The translations under genes were made by a program, and so were the position numbers. The notes beneath the pieces are model-generated. The model was not told the origin of the DNA, searched no databases, and was given only the letters and a program-made list of their open reading frames with translations. A DNA stretch of 24,000 nucleotides, from assembly GCF_902859825.1 (NCBI RefSeq), contig NZ_CADIKB010000032.1:2026-26025 (forward strand). Direction: 5' to 3'. Below, piece after piece: positions 16,442 to 24,000 of the stretch; the stretch's first letter is position 1; each line of letters starts with the position of its first letter. Source of the DNA: Paraburkholderia phenoliruptrix (GTDB lineage Bacteria; Pseudomonadota; Gammaproteobacteria; Burkholderiales; Burkholderiaceae).

Positions 16442-19400
16442 GAAAAGTTCCTGCTGGTTCGGTCCGCCGTATCGTCGCGTGCCGGAACATCACCTGCTTC
16501 GTCCGATACGGCTTCAGGGATCGGCGTCTGCCACATCACATACAGCGTGTTGACCGCTCCTTCCCCGTGCTCGTAACCATAGAACACTTCGCGTCCACCC
16601 AACCCAACGCTGTACGGTGGCGCCGGGAACCCGGAGGCATCGCGGGTTATGTCGTGCCTCGATGGAGACCGACGCTGCGACGCGTCCGCTTGGACTTTTT
16701 CGACATGTCGGTAAATGTCGTCGCGGTTCGACATGAAGTGCTGACCACTGTCGTCCGATGGAAACGCCACTGCCGCCATGTTGTTATCCAGCGCGAAATG
16801 CTGGGCCACTTCCAGGAACGATTGCACGACTGACTCGGCATCGTAGCGCACGTCCGTGTCTTCGACCGTGTTAATCGCCCGCATTACCAACGTTGCGCGA
16901 TGCGGATCGATCGCTTTGATGCGCTCGACGTAGAGCATCGCCATGCCCACCAGCCGCATGGTCAACGGATCGAACACGACCAGATGTGACTGCCGTTCTT
17001 CGCGCCACATGCGCACGTTGTTTGCCGAGCAGAGCCTGGTTGCTACCTTGGCGAAGTACGCCGCCGGATGTTTCGACACGAACGCAACGTATTCTGCCTC
17101 GCTTTCCCTCCCCGAGGGGCGGCCTTCGAAAGCGTTGAGTTGCCGGTGGGTCCATGCACCGTGGATGCCACGTACCTTTTCCGCAATTTCGCCCAGCACG
17201 GCAGCCAACCGCTCGCGCGTCTGCATCCGGTTGTCATTGCCCGGCGATCCCGCGAGGCGGGTTGCCAACTTGCCGGCCGCTTCGTCGCTCAAGCTCCCGG
17301 CGATTCCTGTGACCTGCTCCCTCATAACGTCGAACAGCCCGATGTCAAAAAAGGCCGCGATGCGCTCCGCTGCGGCGTAACGCTGATCAACATCGTTCGC
17401 CTGTGCTTCCAGTGTTTCGATGTCGTTAAGCAACGCCTCCGTTACCTCGACAGGAAGGACGCCGAGGAGCACGCCGAGGTGCCGGTAAAACGTCTGCGGG
17501 TTGGCCGAGGCGTCACCCAACTGCTTCGGTGACAATCCCTGGCATCCATTGAGCACGTTGGCTTCCGCTTCCCGGCGAAAGGTCACGCCGTATGCGATAG
17601 CATCGCGGATCGCATCCACTCCATCCGAGTCGATCCGGCCTTTCAGTACAACGGGTCTGCGGCGCCACACCATAGTGTAGTGATCGCGCCGCACGAGGGA
17701 GTCGAGATGACTTTCAAGTCCTGCTACACCTGACCATCGCGAGTCCGCTTCGCGCAGCTCGACGCTGTAGACGGCCTCAATCGCGTCTGCCTGAAGCTGC
17801 GAAAGGGTCGTGGTGGCTGGCCCCTGCCCGCGCAGGAGCGTTTCCACTTCCACTCGGAACGCGACGAGTTGCCGTTCGTATTCATGCTCGCCGGTCAGGT
17901 ACGCGGTGATCAGGCTGGCGGCCAGCATGCCTCCGGTAGCATCGAGTTGCCTTTTCAGGCCCGGGAGGATGCGGGCATGGATGCCGGGTTCCAGCGTCTG
18001 CCAATGCTGCCAGTATGCGTGACGCGCCTCCTCGTCCTCTACGTCGGTCGGGCTGCCCAGCAACCTGTAGCGCTCGTCCCACATGGCCGATGTCAGCGCG
18101 CCAAGGTTGCCGCCGACAAACGAAAAGTTTCCGCGGCTGGACGCATCGTCGACGAGCAATCTCGATACGGGCTGTCGCCAGTTGACCCCTGCGAGGTGCT
18201 CGATGCCACGCGACTTCTGCCGCCAGGCGCGCAATGCGTGCACGGTCCGTAGCCCGCGCGCCTCGACCGCGTACTCCAGCAGGCTGCGATCGATCTGGGC
18301 CAGTGGCCGGATTTCGTCGAACGCCGCGCGATCGGGCACCGGCAGGACCGAGACAAGATACTCGAGCGCATCGATGCGCTTCGCCCCGATGTTTCGCATC
18401 CATGCGGCGACTGATTCCGGTTGTTTGGCCGCGTTGCGCAACGCTCCATACATCGTCAACAGCCGGTCCAGATTGCGCGCCGACGTACCGTTCGCATACA
18501 GATCCTGAAATGCGAGCACACCGGCCGGCATGCCAAATCCATGTTGCGCGAGCGTCCGAAGGTAGTCAGCCAGATCATCGCCGGAACGTTGTGTCACGTA
18601 GGCACGGCATGTCGCGAGTTCACCAAACTTGAGTGAGTGCGGTGCCGAACACAGCAGCTCGATAGAATGGCGCGGATCACGATTACGCTCAGCCATCTGC
18701 AGAAGAAGCGACTGCAGGCCGGAAAGATCTTCAAGGGTTGCGCCACGCTCGCGCAGCTCGCGCACCGTCTCTTCGTCAGGCAGTTTTTCTTCTTCCAGGA
18801 TTCGGGTGAACAGGCACCACTGCTGCGGATCCTTTGCACCGATCACGTCAATTACGAAATCCCAGTTATCCGGACGCGCGCGCCAGAGCCACTCGTCCAG
18901 CGCTTCGAAGAGTTGCGCCACATCGACGTGCTGACGCGCGGAAAGCGTTCTCACCGTGCGATCGAGGCGTGCCGGATCGCAGCGCCGCCAGCACCCGAGT
19001 ACCTTCAGTGTCTGCTGACGGGGCACGCCGAGTTCAAGCAGGCGACGAATGGTCTTCGGGCCGTCGTCATCCCAATTGACGTCCCAGTTGTGGCCCTCGT
19101 TCCGTTCGCGCCAAGGTTCAAGCCACTGTAGCTCGTCGACGGATCGAATGACTCGCAGACCAATAAGAACGGCGAGCTTTTCCGGCGGGAAACTTCGCCA
19201 GATTCCGCAGAACACCGCATGCAGTTGTTCGGAGGTCTTGATTCCAAGATGCCACGCGTTGCGCGCGGTCACCAAGTCGAAGTACTGCAGGTCGTCCAGT
19301 ACTGCCAGACTGCGTGGTGCCGTGAACTTCCGTGCAATGAAATCCAGTCCTTCGCCGTAGTAGGGTTTTTTCATGCATGCAGGACCGGCAAGCCGCTCAA

Positions 19401-19848
19401 AGACAAGTTCACGTCCTTCGGGTGTGCCTACAGAGCGAAGGCGGCTTGCTGCCAGTCGAAGCGTCCACACCGGAAAGAACGCCGACAGAAGGAAAACGCT
19501 GATCTTGACAGGCCACGAGATCTGCACCGGCACGTGATCCGGAATTCGCAGCGCGCGTCGGGCAAGGTCTGCAACGGGTGACTGCGGAGCGCACAGCTCG
19601 TCAACACTGCTCGCGACAGACTCACGAAACGCCTTGATGATCCGGCGACCATAGGCAAGCCCTCGTCGTGGACTATCCTCGTATCCATACCGGACCCTCG
19701 ACGATTCCGAACGCCGCTCCTCAAGCCTCCACCTCGCGTACTCCGTCTCCAGTTGCTGCTTGCGGAAAGCGCGATACGCGTCTCTCTCGTCCCAAGATGG
19801 AGTACCGGTCGAGTGAGGGCCAGAATTGTGCGTCGAGGTTGTGGTCAT
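16438..19848 (-). CDS. Large orphan protein (1136 aa), no recognisable catalytic motif
   Basis: An uninterrupted 3.4-kb ORF with protein-like composition. One hydrophobic segment lies near residue 115 ([21 protein letters not shown]). The middle is long and helical with a recurring L-x3-G-hydrophobic motif. The C-terminal alpha/beta-looking region spans about 250 aa. I found no Walker A motif. Confidence 0.8.
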   Translation of the reverse strand: MTTTSTHNSGPHSTGTPSWDERDAYRAFRKQQLETEYARWRLEERRSESSRVRYGYEDSPRRGLAYGRRIIKAFRESVASSVDELCAPQSPVADLARRALRIPDHVPVQISWPVKISVFLLSAFFPVWTLRLAASRLRSVGTPEGRELVFERLAGPACMKKPYYGEGLDFIARKFTAPRSLAVLDDLQYFDLVTARNAWHLGIKTSEQLHAVFCGIWRSFPPEKLAVLIGLRVIRSVDELQWLEPWRERNEGHNWDVNWDDDGPKTIRRLLELGVPRQQTLKVLGCWRRCDPARLDRTVRTLSARQHVDVAQLFEALDEWLWRARPDNWDFVIDVIGAKDPQQWCLFTRILEEEKLPDEETVRELRERGATLEDLSGLQSLLLQMAERNRDPRHSIELLCSAPHSLKFGELATCRAYVTQRSGDDLADYLRTLAQHGFGMPAGVLAFQDLYANGTSARNLDRLLTMYGALRNAAKQPESVAAWMRNIGAKRIDALEYLVSVLPVPDRAAFDEIRPLAQIDRSLLEYAVEARGLRTVHALRAWRQKSRGIEHLAGVNWRQPVSRLLVDDASSRGNFSFVGGNLGALTSAMWDERYRLLGSPTDVEDEEARHAYWQHWQTLEPGIHARILPGLKRQLDATGGMLAASLITAYLTGEHEYERQLVAFRVEVETLLRGQGPATTTLSQLQADAIEAVYSVELREADSRWSGVAGLESHLDSLVRRDHYTMVWRRRPVVLKGRIDSDGVDAIRDAIAYGVTFRREAEANVLNGCQGLSPKQLGDASANPQTFYRHLGVLLGVLPVEVTEALLNDIETLEAQANDVDQRYAAAERIAAFFDIGLFDVMREQVTGIAGSLSDEAAGKLATRLAGSPGNDNRMQTRERLAAVLGEIAEKVRGIHGAWTHRQLNAFEGRPSGRESEAEYVAFVSKHPAAYFAKVATRLCSANNVRMWREERQSHLVVFDPLTMRLVGMAMLYVERIKAIDPHRATLVMRAINTVEDTDVRYDAESVVQSFLEVAQHFALDNNMAAVAFPSDDSGQHFMSNRDDIYRHVEKVQADASQRRSPSRHDITRDASGFPAPPYSVGLGGREVFYGYEHGEGAVNTLYVMWQTPIPEAVSDEAGDVPARDDTADRTSRNFS

Positions 19849-20208
19849 AGGCTGGTCTCGCTATAGGGGCGGGCGCGTGGCTGCTTGTCGTTCGTCTTTT
19901 CGCCGCCGTGCGCAATCAGCGTGCGGCGGTACTGGTCATTATCAATGAGCAACTGATAAAAGGGGTCGTACAACGGTCAGTGCTGTACAGGCCGCGTGTC
20001 GGCCCCCGGACTGATTGGCCGGTGCGCCGGTGCGCCGGTACCCGAAGCCGATCCCGCAATCGTCTGACGAAGACCGGCCCGCAGGGCGTGAAGCGTCGGG
20101 CACGCCGGAACTACAGAAAATCAAGTGAGAGCTGCAGATTCTTCGGGTTGTGCATACAGCCTCGGGTGCGCAATGGTGCACATTTTTTCGAGATAAGCGC
20201 TACACTGG

Positions 20209-20230
20209 ACACTGTATATTCATACAGTGT
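20209..20230. promoter_or_regulatory. LexA SOS box (CTGT-N8-ACAG type)
   Basis: ACACTGTATATTCATACAGTGT. CTGT is at 20212-20215 and ACAG at 20224-20227. By my count, 16 of 20 positions match the consensus TACTGTATATATATACAGTA as I recall it. Confidence 0.7.
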
Positions 20231-20239
20231 TTTTGTCCA
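20211..20239 (-). promoter_or_regulatory. Candidate sigma70 promoter overlapping the SOS box, firing towards the 1136-aa operon
   Basis: On the minus strand: -35 TGGACA (20239-20234), a 17-nt spacer, then -10 TACAGT (20216-20211). The -10 and the spacer lie inside the LexA box. Confidence 0.4.
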
Positions 20240-20365
20240 TGAGCGCCCTGCCCCGTCACCCTGAAGAAATCCACCCCGCACTGTGGACCTATACCCGTGG
20301 AGTACATAGTTTGAGGGCGAAAAGCGGGAGAGCGTTCTGCGGTGGGGTCGCCAAGGACTCACCGT

Positions 20366-20387
20366 TTCGATGTATGCATACATCGAA
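20366..20387. repeat. Perfect 22-bp palindrome with an extra arm copy
   Basis: TTCGATGTATGCATACATCGAA is its own reverse complement. A third copy of the 7-mer TACATCG lies at 20389-20395. CGTTTCG direct repeats lie at 20363-20369 and 20394-20400. Confidence 0.8.
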
Positions 20388-20412
20388 CTACATCGTTTCG
20401 GTTATCCGCTGT

Positions 20413-21075
20413 TCAGGCTCCGAGGATCTTTCGTATTGCACGCGCGAAGCCGACATCGAACACAGTCCGACCGTGTTCGTTCACGATCTCGCCATGGCTG
20501 CCTTCGTGTAAGCCGTGTCCTTCAAGGTAGTCGGCAGAGACCGCCTTCTCCAGCGCTTCACGTTCTGAAGGAGTGAGCTGCGCGTCGTTGCCGTTCGTCG
20601 TTGTTGGCAACACGATGGCGGCTCCTGGACCGCGTACACCGATTGGGCGCCGGTCCACGACGACTTGAGCGTTGGACTTCAGAAGGTTGACCTCGGCCCG
20701 GAGCTTGTCTCGCTCCCCGATGATCGCTTGCATGATGGAGCGGATCGCGGGGTCTTGAATACGCATGAGGTATTCGTGGCTTGCCGGCGGTTTCGATGAT
20801 TGAAGCGTCGGTGGCCCGGCATACGTTGCCCAGGACGAAATCAGCTTGCGGTAGTCCGCCGATTGCATGTTGTAGAGGACGCGCCCCTTTAGGATGCCTT
20901 CCGTCTCAACCAGGCGACCAATGGTTGAGAGAGAAAAATCGCTCGAGCCTGATTCCTGATGCCTGCGACAAATCTCATGCAGCGCTGTCAGCCTAGCAAG
21001 CCGATGAGCGCGGCCGCCTTTGGCGAGCAGCGTGTCAAGAACAATGTCCGGGTGACCGATTGTCGGGCTGTTCAT
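20413..21075 (-). CDS. Third gene of the recombinase trio (GmtX-like by position); function unknown
   Basis: Start MNSPTIGHPDIVLD at ATG 21075 overlaps the TGA of the 868-aa gene (ATGA). It is 220 aa. The ORF-track upstream extension is His/Arg-rich and unlikely to be coding. Confidence 0.7.
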   Translation of the reverse strand: MNSPTIGHPDIVLDTLLAKGGRAHRLARLTALHEICRRHQESGSSDFSLSTIGRLVETEGILKGRVLYNMQSADYRKLISSWATYAGPPTLQSSKPPASHEYLMRIQDPAIRSIMQAIIGERDKLRAEVNLLKSNAQVVVDRRPIGVRGPGAAIVLPTTTNGNDAQLTPSEREALEKAVSADYLEGHGLHEGSHGEIVNEHGRTVFDVGFARAIRKILGA

Positions 21076-23678
21076 CCTTGCGACTCGTCGATGGATTGAG
21101 GCTTGCGCGTGAGCATGTCGGTGGCGTTGCAATCCGGCATAAGCGTGGCGAAATCGACGCCAAATCGCTCGCTCAAGCTCTGGCCAGCATCCATCAAATT
21201 GATGACCTGCCGCGTTCCCAACACCGGATTGGCGGGGTTCATCTGCCGTGCGAGACGGCGCATGAATGCGTTGCCGACGCGGAGTTGCTCTTCCTCACTC
21301 AGCATCATGAAGACGGGCGACAGGTTATCGCGATATAGCACAGCATCGAGCAACTGACTACGACGGAATATCGCCTTGCCTGCATCGAGATCAGGATAGA
21401 GCTCGACGTCTTCGCAAACCCCAGCAAGCTGAAGCAATTCCGATTCGGTGTCTTCAAACGCGATATGCACATCGCTCGCGGTGCCCACGGCCACCAGTTG
21501 AGTAGAGTCTTCGACGACCCGGTCGAGCGCGGCCTTACAGCGTTCAATGAGCCGCCAACAAGCGGTGAGATCCTCCGCGAAGTCGTTGAATCGCTTCATC
21601 GATCCTTCCCACACGCGCTCTGCTTGCCGAAAGGTATCGAGATGAAGGAAGACTTCGCCAGCGTCTTCAGCGTCAGCCTTCTGCTTCTTCAGGTCAAGAA
21701 GCACGCCCTCATTCGCGAGGCAAGCATTGCGGGCCTCGTCGAAATGGTAGGCGATCGTGTTGAAGTGCGCGGCGAGCGATGGAAGGTAGTGAGGCTCCGT
21801 CACAAACCAGCGGCATCGAACGCAGTTGCGATTCCCTCCCGGAACGGGAGCGTGTTTTGCGTTGCCAACAGCTGTACCTGGCAGAACCATCGGACCGCCG
21901 TTGTGGCATCCACCAATCGAACGGTTTTCCATCGAATCGCTGGCGTTTCCGCCAGCGAGGCACAGGCCGTGGTGCATTGGCATCCAGCCCAACGCGTTTC
22001 TTGCCGCTGGATGCTCAGCGATTGCATCTGCAACACTGCTCGCACTATTGCAGATCGCGCTTTGCACAAGTTCCTCGTGCGCAGTATCGAGCAGGAAATT
22101 CTGAATGCTCGCATTCTTATTTGCATCCAGGCGAGCCTTCGCATCGAGGAGGACGTCGCGAATATGGGTGGCTCCAGGCTTGGTGTAATACAAGGTCATG
22201 ACCAACCGGCTATGACCGACAAGCTTCTGCAGCACAGGGAACGGCACCTGGCCTTCCAAGGCCAGCGCGGTGACAAGGGAGACTCGCAAACTGTGAAGTG
22301 GGAACAACGTCCTCTTCTTGGATTGGGGCGGCAGCAGCCGAATCGGCGTTCCATTGTGGTGAGTCTCGGAACGCACGGCGAGCCGTGATTCAAATGCCTT
22401 CAGCAAATGGAACCAGCACGAATTGAGCGCCTGATCCTGAAGCGGAAAGTTGCGCATTTGTGCCGTTGGGTATTCTGGCAATCGGAAGAGAAAGCACGCG
22501 TCGGGATAGCGCGCCAACTGGAAATCAGTCTTGACGATGATATGTCGACGATCAAGTTCTGCCCATGAGGTCCGACGCGAGATGGGGTTGTACTTCTCTT
22601 GCCAGTTGCGCAGCTTCTCGATCCAGTAGAAAACATTCTGGTGAACCGCTCCGCCGTGCATCCACGGCAGCAAATAGCCCTTCTCTGGCCCTGACTTCGA
22701 AACATCGGCGGTCTTGTTCGTGTTGATATACAGGACCACTAGTGCGTCCTCGCTGCTGCTGCGATCATCGTCGCGCCGGAACACACCCTGCTGTAGCGGT
22801 CGAGATTCGCTACCCTGCGCAATCTCGTTGCTGTTCAGTTCCCAACGACCCGCCATATAGCGCCAGGTGTCTGCCTCTCCAGAGTCAAGCACACGGACCT
22901 GGCTAGTGCGTAACGGCAAGATGAGCTTCACAAGCAATGCGACCCAGCGCACTGGACTCCACATCTGCAACACTTGACCACCGCGATAGTTTCGACTCAG
23001 CTTACGTATGCGCCACACGCAATCCGGATCGTCGCGATCAATCTCGTCTTCGGTCACGTCGAACCAATCAGGCGCGCTCGCACCCATATGGCCGATCTTG
23101 CTCCCCAGCGCGCCTTGCGCCCATTGCCAGTCGCGAAAATGGGGTCCCGCCGCCAGCATCTGCCGAAGTTGGTCGATGTAGCCATAAGGCAGCGGTGAAT
23201 AAACGCTCTCGCCGCGCTTCGGCAACCCCGCTTTCGACATACGACGTACCGGGTTGTGATAGCCCTGCATTAATACGGCGTTATCGTCTTTACCAATCTG
23301 ACTGAAATGCCGAAGCAACACAAACTGCAGAAAAGCGTGGATAAGATTATTCGCGCTGATGCCCCAAGGAGAGTCAGTACACGCCGTTCGGTGAAATTCT
23401 GGAACCTGTGTCGTTTGCGCCAGGAATACACTCGGATCCAGTGGCAGGCTCTGCAGAATGAGGTAGCGCTCGAAGAAAGTCGATAGGGCCTGCAGTCTTT
23501 GGTGTAGACCATGTGTTTCCCCACCGAGCCACTCCAAGGCGAAGACTCTCCAGGCTGCAAGTTCTGGATAGAACTCCACCACCCAGGCCAGGGTTGCATC
23601 CGAATCGCGTCGCATGCTGCGCTCGGTCCTTGCCGCCTTGCGACGCCCCTTGGGTTTAGTTGGAGAGGTCTTGTACAT
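21072..23678 (-). CDS. Giant tyrosine-recombinase/integrase-family protein (GmtZ / VPA1269-like by recollection)
   Basis: Catalytic signature in the middle of an 868-aa protein: LILPLRTSQVRVLD (Arg I), LHSLRVSLVT (HxxR), LVGHSRLVMTLYYTK (His...Tyr nucleophile). A long C-terminal extension contains CVRCRWF. Confidence 0.85.
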   Translation of the reverse strand: MYKTSPTKPKGRRKAARTERSMRRDSDATLAWVVEFYPELAAWRVFALEWLGGETHGLHQRLQALSTFFERYLILQSLPLDPSVFLAQTTQVPEFHRTACTDSPWGISANNLIHAFLQFVLLRHFSQIGKDDNAVLMQGYHNPVRRMSKAGLPKRGESVYSPLPYGYIDQLRQMLAAGPHFRDWQWAQGALGSKIGHMGASAPDWFDVTEDEIDRDDPDCVWRIRKLSRNYRGGQVLQMWSPVRWVALLVKLILPLRTSQVRVLDSGEADTWRYMAGRWELNSNEIAQGSESRPLQQGVFRRDDDRSSSEDALVVLYINTNKTADVSKSGPEKGYLLPWMHGGAVHQNVFYWIEKLRNWQEKYNPISRRTSWAELDRRHIIVKTDFQLARYPDACFLFRLPEYPTAQMRNFPLQDQALNSCWFHLLKAFESRLAVRSETHHNGTPIRLLPPQSKKRTLFPLHSLRVSLVTALALEGQVPFPVLQKLVGHSRLVMTLYYTKPGATHIRDVLLDAKARLDANKNASIQNFLLDTAHEELVQSAICNSASSVADAIAEHPAARNALGWMPMHHGLCLAGGNASDSMENRSIGGCHNGGPMVLPGTAVGNAKHAPVPGGNRNCVRCRWFVTEPHYLPSLAAHFNTIAYHFDEARNACLANEGVLLDLKKQKADAEDAGEVFLHLDTFRQAERVWEGSMKRFNDFAEDLTACWRLIERCKAALDRVVEDSTQLVAVGTASDVHIAFEDTESELLQLAGVCEDVELYPDLDAGKAIFRRSQLLDAVLYRDNLSPVFMMLSEEEQLRVGNAFMRRLARQMNPANPVLGTRQVINLMDAGQSLSERFGVDFATLMPDCNATDMLTRKPQSIDESQG

Positions 23679-23706
23679 GTGTTTGCTCGGTCACGTGGAG
23701 ATGTGG

Positions 23707-24000
23707 CTAGTCAGATGAACGGACCAAATCCGACAGAGGCGTCGTAAGAAGTCCATCCAGCCGGTGCGCCGCTTGCTGAAGTGCTTCTCGGGCTTCGCTA
23801 AAGCTTGCTTGTGTGTAAATCTCCTGGCTCTCGATCGAGGCGTGATGCATGAAGCGGCGAATCATCGGCTTCTCGATTCCCGCGTGCTTCAAACGCTGGC
23901 CGTAGGCGTGTCGGTGCCCGTGCGGAGTTGTGCCAAGCGCCTTGCCAACTTCGAGGCCAATGCGTTTGCACGCGGCCGCGTGAGCCTTGTTGTATTGCGT
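23707..24000 (-). CDS. Tyrosine recombinase/integrase; partial, N-terminus lies beyond the window end (GmtY-like by position)
   Basis: My own translation stays open to position 24000: ...GKALGTTPHGHRHAYGQRLKHAGIEKPMIRRFMHHASIESQEIYTQ. This gives the HxxR box and the H...Y box. The stop TAG is at 23707-23709. Confidence 0.85.
   Translation of the reverse strand, partial: TQYNKAHAAACKRIGLEVGKALGTTPHGHRHAYGQRLKHAGIEKPMIRRFMHHASIESQEIYTQASFSEAREALQQAAHRLDGLLTTPLSDLVRSSD

Larger units (their letters stand above)
20413..24000 (-). mobile_element. Three-gene tyrosine-recombinase module of an integrative element; extends beyond the window
   Basis: The module is a classical integrase, a giant integrase-family protein and a coupled small protein, co-oriented and tightly spaced (28-nt gap, then a 4-nt overlap). 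It sits at the edge of an AT-richer accessory region. Confidence 0.6.

Noticed and set aside
16230-16493. 88-codon N-terminal extension of the dcm ORF, overlapping the end of the 1136-aa gene
   Set aside because: The extension is Arg/Gly/His-rich and unlike methyltransferase N-termini. E. coli Dcm aligns from [18 protein letters not shown] (16229).
19903-19929. Imperfect hairpin (CCGCCGTGCGC / GCGTGCGGCGG, loop AATCA) in the operon leader
   Set aside because: It needs two G.U pairs on the plus strand and two mismatches on the transcribed minus strand. No U-tract follows on either strand, so it is not a credible terminator or attenuator on sequence alone.
20019-20039. Short tandem 8-mer CCGGTGCG, about 2.6 copies
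   Set aside because: It is too short and too GC-biased to distinguish from slippage or chance in this composition, and there is no associated structure.
20227-20511. 94-aa plus-strand ORF starting inside the SOS box, considered as an SOS-induced small protein or toxin
   Set aside because: It has a GTG start with no RBS and an unconvincing composition, and it runs antisense into the last trio gene. The promoter geometry fits the minus strand better. I cannot exclude a short non-coding transcript.
21465-22388. 307-aa plus-strand ORF inside the 868-aa integrase-like gene
   Set aside because: It lies antisense to the frame carrying the R/HxxR/H/Y recombinase signature, and I see no motif of its own.
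1-24000. Search for CRISPR arrays, tRNA/rRNA genes and IS terminal inverted repeats
   Set aside because: I saw no regularly spaced direct repeats, no cloverleaf-compatible or rRNA-like segments, and no DDE transposase ORF by eye. The only transposase-related sequence is the zinc-ribbon/HTH repeat protein, which lacks a catalytic core.

Overview
This is a high-GC window, Burkholderia/Paraburkholderia-like by composition and gene families (inference). It falls into three blocks.

(1) 1-5.3 kb holds minus-strand accessory genes:
- a partial glycine-zipper lipoprotein
- a coupled pair of unknown genes (176 aa and 197 aa)
- a three-gene unit made of a triple IS1595-type zinc-ribbon/HTH protein without a transposase core, a small membrane protein and a mini-lipoprotein
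- a small conserved protein
- a lipoprotein
- a protein built from four tandem zinc-ribbon repeats

(2) 5.3-11.7 kb is a fragmentary type VI secretion (T6SS) block. tssJ, tssG and a 5'-truncated tssF lie on the minus strand. The truncated tssF abuts, head to head, a 5'-truncated hcp that is followed by clpV/tssH and tssE on the plus strand. The tssF'/hcp' junction near 8.05 kb looks like a rearrangement scar. An HU gene and a 156-aa unknown gene follow.

(3) 12.6-24 kb is a visibly AT-richer island, entirely on the minus strand. At its right end is a tyrosine-recombinase trio: a partial classical integrase, an 868-aa giant integrase-family protein and a coupled 220-aa protein. This resembles the GmtY/Z/X 'gamma-mobile-trio' as I recall it.

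An intergenic region follows, carrying a 22-bp perfect palindrome and a strong LexA SOS box that overlaps a sigma70-like promoter.

Next comes a tightly coupled operon: a 1136-aa orphan protein, a possible 82-aa HTH ORF, a Dcm-type C5 methyltransferase, Vsr, an EcoRII-C-family restriction endonuclease and a 199-aa unknown protein.

The best candidate for an undescribed system is this possibly SOS-controlled operon, in which two unknown proteins bracket the Dcm-Vsr-EcoRII-like core. I saw no rRNA, tRNA or CRISPR array.
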